DNA of 64,000 nucleotides. Origin: Syntrophomonadaceae bacterium (GTDB lineage: Bacteria; Bacillota; Syntrophomonadia; Syntrophomonadales; DTU052). Below are positions 1 to 9,500 of this stretch, piece after piece. The DNA lies in NCBI GenBank assembly GCA_012729505.1, contig JAAYDA010000046.1:15384-79383 (forward strand), written 5' to 3'. The notes beneath the pieces are model-generated. The model was not told the DNA's origin. It was given only the letters and a program-made list of their open reading frames with translations, and did not search any database. Positions within the stretch are counted from its first letter, which is position 1. Every line of letters begins with the position of its first letter. The translations under genes were made by a program, and so were the position numbers.

Positions 1-8
1 CTTCGCTT

Positions 9-1073
9 TCAGTAATGTTTGATTATTCCACGTTTCACTTTCATGGGGTACCAGTTTTGATGACCTGACCTTCCTGCTGAATAACAATACCCGGAGCTAT
101 TAGACACCATAGCGGGGATGTTTGCCCGTATTATGTTTAAGAGCTCTTCGGCCCGGTGTTGGTAGGTGTGTCTGGCATATACCTCTGCTTGACCTGCCCG
201 GGCAATTTTCATGCGTTCTTCCGGCCGGGGGAGATAATGTTTTAACAGCTCCTCAGTTTCTTCGGGTGATTTGGACCATACCAGGTGCCGGTGATTGACA
301 AAAAATCTTTCTATGGCCGGGGTCCATTGAGTAAGATGGAAGGCACCGCATCCCAGGGCCTCAAAGGTTCTCATACTCATCATGGTAGGCGATGTATTAA
401 CCGAATGGAGTCCCAGCACAATCCGAGCCGACGAATAGGCGGTTCGCATTTCTTCATAGCTTAAGTGGCCGCCATAGAATTGCGGATCTATAGAGAAAGG
501 ATTTTTCCGGTCAAGCCACCAATCCAGTCCATATATTTTCAGGTCGGCTCCCTGGGCCATGAGGGGCTTCAATATTATCTCCATGCCTTTAAAGCGGGCA
601 GAAAACTGTCCGTAATTATTGCCGATAAAGATACAATCATGACTAAGACCAGGGTCTGGGTGAACCTGATGGTGAAATGATGGTGTACAGGCAAACATCA
701 TCAGATGGGCCTTGATTCCCCGGGCTTGATACTTGGGGATGCACTCAGCCGCGGTAGTAAATACCAGTTTTGAATTTGATGCCATTGGCAGTGATAAAGA
801 ATCAAAATAGAGAGGATCCTCACTGCCCCAAAAAACATGAGGGATCCTCCGGCGGCGAAGATCCGAAAATACATGTTTGCCAAACCTGCCCCAGCCCCCT
901 TGGGAAAAGACCAGGTCAGGGTGAAAAGAATCCAGGCATTGACCCAGATAATCAGGAGACTGGCTCAGGGCGGCACCCAGGTCGATTATTTGCACCTCTT
1001 TGCCCAGTTCCAGGAGAGTTCGGGCCAGGCCGTGGGTAATCATAGGATTAGTATCAGTAAATAAAAATTTCAA
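9..1073 (-). CDS. CgeB-family spore-maturation glycosyltransferase-like protein (paralog 1)
   Basis: ORF track 9..1148. It is a clear paralog of the 1356..2327 ORF (FTTAAECIPKY/FTTAAECVPGY, SSARIVLGLH/SSARIVLGVN, MRTFEALGCG/MRPYEALGCG), with motifs I recognise from CgeB-type proteins. Start moved to TTG 1073, which aligns with the paralog N-terminus and has AAGGAGG 10 nt upstream. Confidence 0.75.
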   Translation of the reverse strand: MKFLFTDTNPMITHGLARTLLELGKEVQIIDLGAALSQSPDYLGQCLDSFHPDLVFSQGGWGRFGKHVFSDLRRRRIPHVFWGSEDPLYFDSLSLPMASNSKLVFTTAAECIPKYQARGIKAHLMMFACTPSFHHQVHPDPGLSHDCIFIGNNYGQFSARFKGMEIILKPLMAQGADLKIYGLDWWLDRKNPFSIDPQFYGGHLSYEEMRTAYSSARIVLGLHSVNTSPTMMSMRTFEALGCGAFHLTQWTPAIERFFVNHRHLVWSKSPEETEELLKHYLPRPEERMKIARAGQAEVYARHTYQHRAEELLNIIRANIPAMVSNSSGYCYSAGRSGHQNWYPMKVKRGIIKHY

Positions 1074-1355
1074 ATCCCAACTGCCTCCTTTATCTCCGGC
1101 AACAGGGTTTGCCGGCCGAAGACAAACAAATTCCAGCGGGAGCCGCATCTCCCTGTTTGGCTCGGAACTATCTTACTCCCTTTTGGGAGAACAGCAGATT
1201 TCTTTGGCAATATTATCATATGGAGGAATAACCCGGATGGTTCCAAAGTTAGAAGTGAGAAATGAAAAGTTGGATGCCGCAGGTACGGGTGAATTACCCG
1301 TGCCCTGGCATCCATTCCTGTTTCCGCTTCCCAATTGAATTGAGGGGAGAGTTTG

Positions 1356-2327
1356 CTAAAGGCGGCGAAAGGCCTGCAATATCTGTTGAGCCCGCAGCCG
1401 GTAGTTATGTTTTTCGTAGACTTCCTTCTGGGCCACCCTCGCTCTTTCGCGACGCTCATTATCACTCATAGCCAGAATTGTGTTTACCGCTGCCAAGGCT
1501 TGTTCCGTATTGCGCACCTGCCAGATCAAATCTCCAAAAATGTTTTCCTGGGCCTGAGTATAGTGGGCAAGATAAAGGCCTCCTCCGCATCCCAAGGCTT
1601 CATAAGGCCGCATGGAAGTCTGAGTGCTGGAGGTATCGTCACAATTAACCCCCAGGACTATGCGGGCCGAGCTGTAAGCAGCGGGCAGATCTTCATAAGG
1701 AAGCAGGCCATAATATACCCAGGGATAAGATACCAGGTTAACTTCAGCACCGGGATCCATCCAAAAGTGACCCCATATTTTAATAGAGCATCCTTTTTCC
1801 ACCAAGGGCATTATGAACCAGTTAACCTCCTGATAACGGAATGCATAATTACTGGCCACCAGAACCAGATCACAGACATGATCTTCCCGAGGGCCGGTGT
1901 AATAATGGAAGTTCGGATTACAGCCAAAGAGTAAAACCTCTGACCCTTTACCCATAGCCTCATAGCCGGGGACACATTCGGCAGCAGTGGTAAAAATATA
2001 GTCAACTGAGGGTGCAAAGCACATAGAGGTATAATCAGTGGAGACCGGATCCTCAATGGCCCAATATAAATGAGGTATATTAAGGCTGCGGATGGTATGG
2101 CAAACTGTGGGCACATCAAAACCCGGATAACCCTCCGTAAATATAAAATCAGGCTTAAATTCGCCAACCGCCGCCAACAAACGTTTTTTCTGCTCTCTTA
2201 CGGATAATCCGCCCCAGAGCCGCTCTTTCTCACCCTGGATCACTCTGGTCCGACACCCGATCTGGCCAAAGCCCTCCGCTAATCCGTATTTGATTAATGG
2301 AGCTTCATTAGTAAACAGTACTCGCAA
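1356..2327 (-). CDS. CgeB-family spore-maturation glycosyltransferase-like protein (paralog 2)
   Basis: 323-aa ORF with a TTG start preceded by AAGGAG 10 nt upstream. Same family motifs as the 9..1073 ORF. Confidence 0.8.
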   Translation of the reverse strand: MRVLFTNEAPLIKYGLAEGFGQIGCRTRVIQGEKERLWGGLSVREQKKRLLAAVGEFKPDFIFTEGYPGFDVPTVCHTIRSLNIPHLYWAIEDPVSTDYTSMCFAPSVDYIFTTAAECVPGYEAMGKGSEVLLFGCNPNFHYYTGPREDHVCDLVLVASNYAFRYQEVNWFIMPLVEKGCSIKIWGHFWMDPGAEVNLVSYPWVYYGLLPYEDLPAAYSSARIVLGVNCDDTSSTQTSMRPYEALGCGGGLYLAHYTQAQENIFGDLIWQVRNTEQALAAVNTILAMSDNERRERARVAQKEVYEKHNYRLRAQQILQAFRRL

Positions 2328-2392
2328 CCGTAAGTCACTCCTTTGACATCAATATATATCCTGACCTGACAATGGGGCAGCAAGGCCAATAA

Positions 2393-2524
2393 TCCGATGA
2401 CTAATCTGCCCTAAGGCCCCCGCCTCTATAGGCGGCGGGTGCCCAAGGGCAGTTAAGTTCCTGGATCTGTGCGACTAAGCTTCAGATGGAGTCAAAACTC
2501 CACCTGAATCAAGTCTTACTTTAT
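2393..2524 (+). ncRNA. Conserved ~131-nt two-hairpin element, copy 1 (candidate cis-regulatory leader RNA or dispersed repeat)
   Basis: Near-identical to 17508..17639 and 60362..60492 (about 6-8 differences by manual alignment). Lies in the divergent intergenic region, 137 nt upstream of the GT2 gene start. Confidence 0.6.
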
Positions 2525-2660
2525 CAGCTGCATATTAATCTATTCTGTTGAGGGTCAGGCGGTGAAAAGGGTGCCCAGAGACGTTTCGGGGTCTGTTTGC
2601 ATATAAAGTAGTAACGATAATTACATTTTTGGAGGTAACGGAACAATTATATCTGCGCGA

Positions 2661-3347
2661 GTGATGATAGGGTGCCCGGTGCGGGAGCGGGGCTGGATTC
2701 TGCCCCGCTATTTAAAGTGTCTGACTGATTTAGACTATCCGGCCGGCCAGATTGAATATGCTTTCGTGGTAAATGACAGTCAGGATGATACATTAGAGAT
2801 TCTTCAGGAGTTTGCCCGTAATGCTCAGTCACCGGTGGAAATCCGTCAGGTCAACCTAAAAAGCCGCACTTCTCCGGTTCGGGGGGCACACAGCATTGGC
2901 AATTTAGTGGTGTTACGAAACATTCTGTTAGATATGTTTTTAATAAGTACGGCGACTCACCTGTTTTCCCTGGATAGCGACATTTTGGCGGAACCAGACA
3001 GCCTGGCCCGATTAATAGACCTTGATCTTCCGGTGGTATCTATGCTGGTTCCTAACGACAGGCATTTGGAAACGAAAGGTTACTACAATATAGCTAATCT
3101 TCAAGGAGACCAGTATTTACCGATCATGAAATTCCCTCGTGACCAGGTAATTCCTGTTGACTGTACCGGCGCCGGGTATCTGATCAGGCGAGAGGTAATT
3201 GAAGCCGTGGGAGTCAGATATTATCCTCATCGCCAGGGTGAGGATGCAGGCTTTTGCAGGGTGGCCCGGGCCAGGGGGGTAGGTCTCTGGTGTCATACCG
3301 GTATAAGAGCCGCTCATATCATGGTCCGGGAAGGCAAATGTCAATAA
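2661..3347 (+). CDS. Family-2 (GT-A fold) glycosyltransferase-like protein
   Basis: 228-aa ORF with a GT2-like N-terminal pattern (YAFVVNDSQDDT ... SLDSD). Start uncertain: GTG 2661, and the nearest GGAGG (2631) is 25 nt away. Confidence 0.6.
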   Translation: MMIGCPVRERGWILPRYLKCLTDLDYPAGQIEYAFVVNDSQDDTLEILQEFARNAQSPVEIRQVNLKSRTSPVRGAHSIGNLVVLRNILLDMFLISTATHLFSLDSDILAEPDSLARLIDLDLPVVSMLVPNDRHLETKGYYNIANLQGDQYLPIMKFPRDQVIPVDCTGAGYLIRREVIEAVGVRYYPHRQGEDAGFCRVARARGVGLWCHTGIRAAHIMVREGKCQ

Positions 3348-3415
3348 TAATAGCACTAGTACTAAAAGGATTGATAAAAACCCGCCATACTAAAAGAAAA
3401 GGATGCAGCTTAAGC

Positions 3416-3443
3416 ACACTTCGATCCTGTATTTCATAATATA
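3416..3443 (+). promoter_or_regulatory. Possible sigma-K-type promoter (AC-N17-CATAATATA)
   Basis: AC at 3416-3417, a 17-nt spacer, then CATAATATA at 3435-3443. This matches the AC-N16/17-CATAnnnTA consensus and lies about 80 nt upstream of the 3525 start. Confidence 0.3.
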
Positions 3444-3524
3444 TCCTAGAAATTCACCTGCATAGGGGTTCCCTCCCGCCAACAAAGGAGGTTGCGGATT
3501 TCAAAGCAAAGGAGGGAAGAAGAA

Positions 3525-4091
3525 ATGGGTTTGATTTGTGAATACCCTTGTAGACTTGATCTTTTTGCCGAGGTTGTAAAAGCAAAAAACTGCCAGCGCC
3601 AGGAAAAGGTTTTAGATGAGATAATTTGTATACCCAAAGAAGATGTTGGGGGTAGAATCACTGAGATAGACGATATTAAAGTACAGTTAATATCTGCCGA
3701 AGAAACTTTTGTGGGTAACCACCGGGTAAAAGTAACCCTGGCATTTAATGTGGTTCTGATTGTTATAGTCGGAGATGATCCGGGTTGTTTCGAAATCGTT
3801 ACCCTGGAAGGATTCGTTTTTAATAAGAATATCCCCTTGGATCAATTCAACCCGCCCATAAGTCCTCAGGAATTCAAGGAAGAGGTTGAAAGATCACAGA
3901 TAATCTTGAAGAACTGGAGTTTTGAAGGTGAAATATTGGGAAATTGCGAGGATCCCAACAGCCCGTGTTTTGTTGCGACACCCATAGCCGGAACCTGCAT
4001 CTTGCTCAGAGTCTTTGTTGATATAATCGACAAATTGACCAAGTTCCATGACATAGTGGTTTTTGCCGAGCTTGATCCCGACGATTGCTAG
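3525..4091 (+). CDS. Hypothetical cysteine-rich protein (possible spore coat/surface protein)
   Basis: ORF track 3492..4091. ATG 3525 is preceded by GGAGGGAAGAAGAA. The protein has 9 Cys and no family I can name. A terminator follows at 4098. Confidence 0.6.
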   Translation: MGLICEYPCRLDLFAEVVKAKNCQRQEKVLDEIICIPKEDVGGRITEIDDIKVQLISAEETFVGNHRVKVTLAFNVVLIVIVGDDPGCFEIVTLEGFVFNKNIPLDQFNPPISPQEFKEEVERSQIILKNWSFEGEILGNCEDPNSPCFVATPIAGTCILLRVFVDIIDKLTKFHDIVVFAELDPDDC

Positions 4092-4097
4092 TCCCCT

Positions 4098-4125
4098 ATG
4101 CCTGGCTTTTGCCGGGCATTTGTTT
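4098..4125 (+). terminator. Rho-independent terminator
   Basis: ATGCCTGGC-tttt-GCCGGGCAT stem-loop followed by TTGTTT. Confidence 0.6.
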
Positions 4126-4175
4126 AAGTAAAAAGGGGGGGGCTTGGCTGAGTCTCCCCTGTCAGCCTGGGAGGA

Positions 4176-4394
4176 ATGAGTCAGTTGGATTCAGGGCAGA
4201 ATGACCGTAACCAAATCAGAGAACGTATCAGAGAACTGATCAATACCCAAAGGGAGTTCAACGAGCAGGTGCAGCAATTCCGTCAAGAGATCGGAGACCA
4301 GGAAATGAAGCGGATCCTGGAAGAAGTCTCCAGACAAGGGCAGGCGAATATTCAAAAGCTTTCCCGGTTACTAGCAGTAAAATGCATTGTTTGA
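4176..4394 (+). CDS. Small charged coiled-coil hypothetical protein
   Basis: 72-aa ORF with protein-like, Q/E/R-rich composition. The SD (GGGAGG) abuts the ATG, so the start and the gene itself are uncertain. Confidence 0.35.
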   Translation: MSQLDSGQNDRNQIRERIRELINTQREFNEQVQQFRQEIGDQEMKRILEEVSRQGQANIQKLSRLLAVKCIV

Positions 4395-4717
4395 AGATAG
4401 CGAAGCCCTCTGGAAGAGGGATACTAACGTTTTGATTCTTTACCCGCTCTAATTTGCATCAGATATATGTGCGGCTCTCCTGCTGGAATGGTTGGTGGAA
4501 TTTTAGGCCTCTTTATGCGGAAAAATTGATCTGGACGGGTTTGGTCAATAAGAGCAAACTAGTGTGAACAATAAGGGGTATCATGACTTGGAACGGAAAA
4601 TGCGGGGTTTTTGCCCGGTTTTGTAACCCAGGTCTGAATTCCAACATATAATTAGGTAACTAATTGGATAATCTTCCAGCGGTGAAGGCATCACAAAGAG
4701 CAGGGGAGGGGGTCAGA

Positions 4718-4879
4718 ATGGCTACGGATAAATTTGAACACGCAACGTTTTACTTAACACAATTCCAGGTAAATCAGATAAAGAAACTGGCAAAAGATAA
4801 CCAGATCTCACGCAGCGCCCTGGTGCGCATGATTATAAGGGAATACCTTGCCAGACAGGAAGATGGCAAGAAAGAGTAA
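4718..4879 (+). CDS. Ribbon-helix-helix (CopG/antitoxin-like) DNA-binding protein, orphan
   Basis: ORF track 4664..4879. ATG 4718 is preceded by GGGGAGGGGG. The C-terminal pattern ISRSALVRMIIREYLARQ is typical of RHH proteins. No adjacent toxin ORF. Confidence 0.6.
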   Translation: MATDKFEHATFYLTQFQVNQIKKLAKDNQISRSALVRMIIREYLARQEDGKKE

Positions 4880-4907
4880 AGGGATAAACAAATACATGGC
4901 AGGATGA

Positions 4908-4967
4908 AAGCACCCGGGAAAGGGTGCTTTTGGCCTGCCGATGAGTTGGTTGTCGGCAGACTTTTTA
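4908..4967. terminator. Two tandem stem-loop terminators
   Basis: AGCACCC-gggaaa-GGGTGCT+TTTT (4908-4932, flanked by an A-run and a T-run, so possibly bidirectional). CTGCCGA-N11-TCGGCAG+ACTTTTT (4935-4967). Confidence 0.6.
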
Positions 4968-5043
4968 TATTGGAAGGAAAACTACCTCCGACGGTATCGA
5001 AGCCCTTAATATGAGTAAGTTCGAATTTATTTCTTCTGTTTGA

Positions 5044-5430
5044 CTATTTGGCATTGCGCAGCTTAGGCTTTATTACGGTAAGCAGAATGACGACCAAAAA
5101 TAAGATAAGTTGGACTATACCTGCAATTGTCACGGGATAGATGTTCGACCAATAGATGCTGAAGTCTATGCTGCCAGTAGCGAGGACCTGCGCAGTGTAA
5201 TGCGCATTTTTCTTTATAAGTACGCCCATATAGCCTACACCGATGGTGACCAGCAACAAGGTGAGCACCCACTTCACCGTGATCCAGCGGTGGCGGAAGA
5301 ATCCGAAGTTGGTGAACATGCCGTAGGCGATTGCAGTGGCAACGATTCCTACGCCTCCAGGAATTAGGAAAAACAAATCGATGACGTCGGCTGCAGCCCT
5401 CATAGGTAACCTGGATTCCCGGTCATTCAT
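5044..5430 (-). CDS. Integral membrane protein (about 3-4 TM), possibly 5'-truncated
   Basis: 128-aa hydrophobic ORF. Its ATG overlaps the stop of the transposase remnant (ATGA), which suggests the gene was disrupted by an IS insertion. Confidence 0.5.
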   Translation of the reverse strand: MNDRESRLPMRAAADVIDLFFLIPGGVGIVATAIAYGMFTNFGFFRHRWITVKWVLTLLLVTIGVGYMGVLIKKNAHYTAQVLATGSIDFSIYWSNIYPVTIAGIVQLILFLVVILLTVIKPKLRNAK

Positions 5431-5720
5431 AACGAGGAAGGTGGCTTGACGCCTAACTGAATATAAAAATCCTGCTGCTTGGCCGTCATCTCGCCCATCC
5501 GTAAATCGTGGCCCGGTCTACCGAAGCATTCGATGACATCCAATTGATCCAGCAGGCCTTGAATTGTGTACTTCCCAAAAAGATGCCTGTCCTGCATCGC
5601 TTTCTTGACATAAGACAGGAAAATCAGCGCGATGAATTGGACAAAAAGCTTGCCATCCAGGAACTGCTCCGAGGACACTAGAGACGACGCAGACTCAGTC
5701 TTTCCTTCAGATTCGGACAT
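5427..5720 (-). pseudogene. C-terminal remnant of an IS4/IS1634-type transposase
   Basis: The 97-aa ORF resembles only the extreme C-terminus of IS1634-like transposases (LFVQFIALIFLSYVKK...YTIQGLLDQLDVIECF...). No catalytic region lies upstream. Confidence 0.55.
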
Positions 5721-5780
5721 GATTATGACGATTGGCTGTTCTCGGATATTGAACGATCACTTCCTGGCACCATTGTAAAA

Positions 5781-6137
5781 ATGACTATCGAAAGGAGGAC
5801 CACAAGATCTATGAAGGAAGTATTTGACCGATTCGTGCCAGAGTTGGAATCAGGTGAATTCGGTTTTCAAAGGACAACCGTTCCCGTTAAACTACTGCAA
5901 CACGAAGGAGACGCTCTTGTATCTCGATCCCAAGCGAAGAGACTGATCAACCGCTTTGAGATATTCCGGGAAGTAATTCTCGATTTTGATGGGGTGAAAC
6001 TGATTGGTCAACCATTTGCAGATGAGGTGTTTCGAGTATTTACGAATTCACATCCAGATACACACCTATATCCAGTTAATACCAATGAAGACATTGACAA
6101 GATGATCAAGCACGTTACCTCCAAACCAAAACTCTGA
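5781..6137 (+). CDS. DUF4325 (STAS-like) domain protein, probably a fragment
   Basis: 118 aa. The pattern SRSQAKRLINRF...VILDFDGVKLIGQPFADEVFRVF is as in DUF4325 domains. It lacks the N-terminal domain usually fused to this module. Confidence 0.5.
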   Translation: MTIERRTTRSMKEVFDRFVPELESGEFGFQRTTVPVKLLQHEGDALVSRSQAKRLINRFEIFREVILDFDGVKLIGQPFADEVFRVFTNSHPDTHLYPVNTNEDIDKMIKHVTSKPKL

Positions 6138-6425
6138 CATACCTCCGGGGATAAACTGTAGATTCTCTATTGAAGTCCCGAAAATGTCTTATTGCTGGTA
6201 TTTTAGCAGTACTCCGTACCATTCGTGCCAATCATGGGGGATTGGAATATGACTCATTCATGCTTCTGCTTCAAAATGAGCAAAATTTCAATTAATGGTT
6301 TCCAATCTCTTAATTGTTGTGTAAAATAAAAGAATCTAACCTATATTGTGTTACGCCAATTGATAATAATGACTCATTTTTAGGCTGTTTCCTAATAAAG
6401 TATGGTACAGAGTAATGATAATTGA

Positions 6426-6454
6426 TTGAAAAGTTGCGGCAGATTTCGTAAAAT
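6426..6454 (+). promoter_or_regulatory. SigA-type promoter for nifJ (TTGAAA-17-TAAAAT)
   Basis: TTGAAA at 6426-6431, a 17-nt spacer, TAAAAT at 6449-6454. Lies about 70 nt upstream of the ATG. Confidence 0.5.
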
Positions 6455-6522
6455 TATCATTATCTGTGTTATCAAGGTTACTTATTTGTATTAATAAATT
6501 CGAAAGTACGGAGGAGAACGCT

Positions 6523-9500
6523 ATGGGGAGAGAATTGAAAACCATGGATGGGAATACGGCAGCAGCTCATGTTGCTTACGCCTTTACTGAGGTAGCTGCT
6601 ATTTATCCTATCACACCATCGTCACCTATGGCCGAAAGCATTGATGAATGGTCGGCTAATGGCAGAAAGAATATTTTTGGACAGCAAGTAAATGTAGCGG
6701 AATTGCAGTCAGAAGCTGGAGCGGCCGGTACTCTCCACGGTTCCCTGGCGGCTGGAGCCCTGACCACTACCTTCACCGCTTCACAAGGCTTGCTTTTGAT
6801 GATACCAAATATGTATAAAATATCAGGTGAGCTGTTGCCTGGTGTTATGCATGTTACTGCCCGGGCTTTGGCTACTCATGCATTGTCTATTTTCGGTGAT
6901 CAATCCGATGTAATGGCCTGTCGTCAGACCGGATTTGCTCTGTTGGCTTCAGGCAGTGTACAGGAGGTTATGGATCTGGCCGGAGTTGCACACCTGAGTG
7001 CTATAAAAGGCAGAGTACCTTTCATGCACTTCTTCGATGGTTTCAGGACTTCTCACGAGCTTCAGAAAATTGAAGTTCTGGATTACGATGAATTAGCTAA
7101 GCTCGTGGATTTTGATGCTATTCGCAGGTTCAGGAAGAATGCATTGAACCCTGAGCATCCTGTTACCAGGGGAACCAACCAGAATCCGGACATATTCTTC
7201 CAGGCTCGCGAAGCTGCTAATGTGTATTATGATGCTATTCCCGGTATTGTTGAAGGGTATATGAATGAAATATCGAAGCTGACCGGGAGGAAATATGGAT
7301 TATTTAATTATTATGGTGCGGAAGATGCCGACAGAGTAATAATCGCTATGGGATCAGCCTGTGAAAGTGCCGAAGAGGTAGTTGATTACCTGAATAACCG
7401 GGGAGAAAAAGTCGGAGTGGTTAAAGTCCGCTTGTATCGCCCTTTCTCAGTGAAACATTTTCTGGCGGCCCTGCCGTCTACGGTGAAGAAAATAGCTGTT
7501 CTGGATCGCAGCAAAGACTTGGGTGGGCTGGGAGAACCCCTTTACCAGGATGTTCGCACCGCTTTCTTTGAAAATGGAACCAGACCGGTTATTGTTGGAG
7601 GCCGTTATGGATTAGGTTCTAAAGATACCACCCCGGCCCAGTTAATGGCGGTGTTCGACAACCTGAAACTGGAGGTTCCGAAAAACAATTTTACTATCGG
7701 CATAGTAGACGATGTGACCCATCTGTCATTGCCGGTTGAGAAAGAGATTGATACTGCACCGGAAGGAACCATCAGCTGTAAATTCTGGGGATTAGGTTCA
7801 GATGGGACTGTAGGCGCCAATAAGAACTCCATCAAGATAATAGGAGATAATACTGATCAATACGCTCAGGCCTATTTTGCTTATGATTCCAAGAAATCAG
7901 GGGGGGTCACCGTATCCCACTTAAGATTTGGGAAAAAGCCTATCCGCTCCACATATCTGATAAATAAAGCAGACTTTGTCGCCTGTCACCATTCATCGTA
8001 CCTTACCAAGTACGATATGGTATCTGATTTAAAGGACAATGGCATATTCTTAATAAACTGCGGCTATTCGGCAGAGGAGCTGAGCGAAGTATTGCCCGCA
8101 GACATGAAAAGAATCATCGCCCGGCGCAACATAGATGTTTACACTATTGATGCCGTCAGCATCGGTGCTGAGATTGGGCTGGGCAGCCGGGTAAATATGA
8201 TTATGCAGGCCGCATTTTTCAAGCTGGCCAATATTATTCCTCTGGAAGATGCGGTACAGCATATGAAGGATGCCGTCTATGACACTTACGGCAAAAAAGG
8301 TGAGAATATTATCAACATGAACCTTTTGGCCATAGAAAAAGGTATTGACGCACTCCATAAGGTGGAAGTCCCTGCAAGCTGGGCGGATGCTGCTGACACT
8401 CCTAAAGAAGAAGCAAAGGCGCCGGACTTTATCATTAACGTTATGGAGCCGATTAATCGCCAGGAAGGTGATAAACTGCCGGTCAGCACCTTCATAGGCC
8501 GGGAAGACGGTACATTCCCAGTAGGGACTGCATCCTACGAAAAGAGGGGTATTGCCATTGATGTGCCGGTGTGGATAATGGACAATTGCATTCAGTGTAA
8601 TCAATGTTCTTACGTCTGTCCTCATGCGGCCATAAGACCTTTCCTTTTGAATGAAGAAGAGATTAAAAACGCGCCGACCGGTTTTGTGAGCAAAAAAGCT
8701 ATTGGCAAGGATTTAGCCGGATTCAATTACCGGATCCAATTAACGCCTTTGGATTGTACCGGATGTGCCAGCTGTTTGGAGGTATGTCCCAGCAAGGAAA
8801 AATCCTTGATGATGATGCCCCTGCAGAGTCAAATGGGTGAGATTGAAAATTGGGAATACGCTATTAAGCTGGAACCGAAAGACAATGTAACCAATAAAAA
8901 TACGGTTAAAGGAAGTCAGTTCCAGGTGCCGCTGTTTGAGTTTTCCGGCGCCTGTGCAGGGTGTGGTGAAACTCCATATCTGAAGCTGGTAACCCAATTA
9001 TATGGTGACAGGATGATGGCTGCCAACGCTACCGGCTGTACATCCATTTACAGTGCCAGTGCCCCCTCTATGCCTTATACCACCAACAATAAGGGGCATG
9101 GTCCGGCTTGGTCCAACTCACTGTTTGAAGACAGCGCCGAGTTCGGTTTTGGTATGTACCTGGGGGTAAAACAAATTCGGAATAAACTGGCTGATTTATG
9201 CCGGGAGCTTTTGCAGGCGGACGTGCCGGCTGATCTTAAAGAAGCACTGGACACCTGGCTGGAAAAAATGTTGGATGGCGAAGGATCCAAAGCCGCCAGC
9301 GCCAAGCTGGCAGCCGCCTTAGAAGGATATAAGGCGGCCGACGAAAAGCTGGACTCAATAGTCAAGCAGATTCTGGATAAAGAAGAGTTCCTGATTAAAA
9401 AGTCTCAGTGGATATACGGTGGTGATGGTTGGGGCTATGATATTGGCTTTGGCGGGTTAGATCATGTATTGGCTTCCCATGAGGATGTAAACATCTTATT

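Noticed and set aside
1353-1934. 193-aa + strand ORF
   Set aside because: It is antisense to, and fully inside, the CgeB-like gene 1356..2327, which has clear family motifs. It has no SD.
6466-6522. Upstream extension of nifJ (track start TTG 6466)
   Set aside because: The extension adds a non-conserved hydrophobic peptide. ATG 6523 has a GGAGGAG SD and matches the usual PFOR N-terminus.
8050-8625. 191-aa minus-strand ORF
   Set aside because: It is an antisense shadow inside nifJ.
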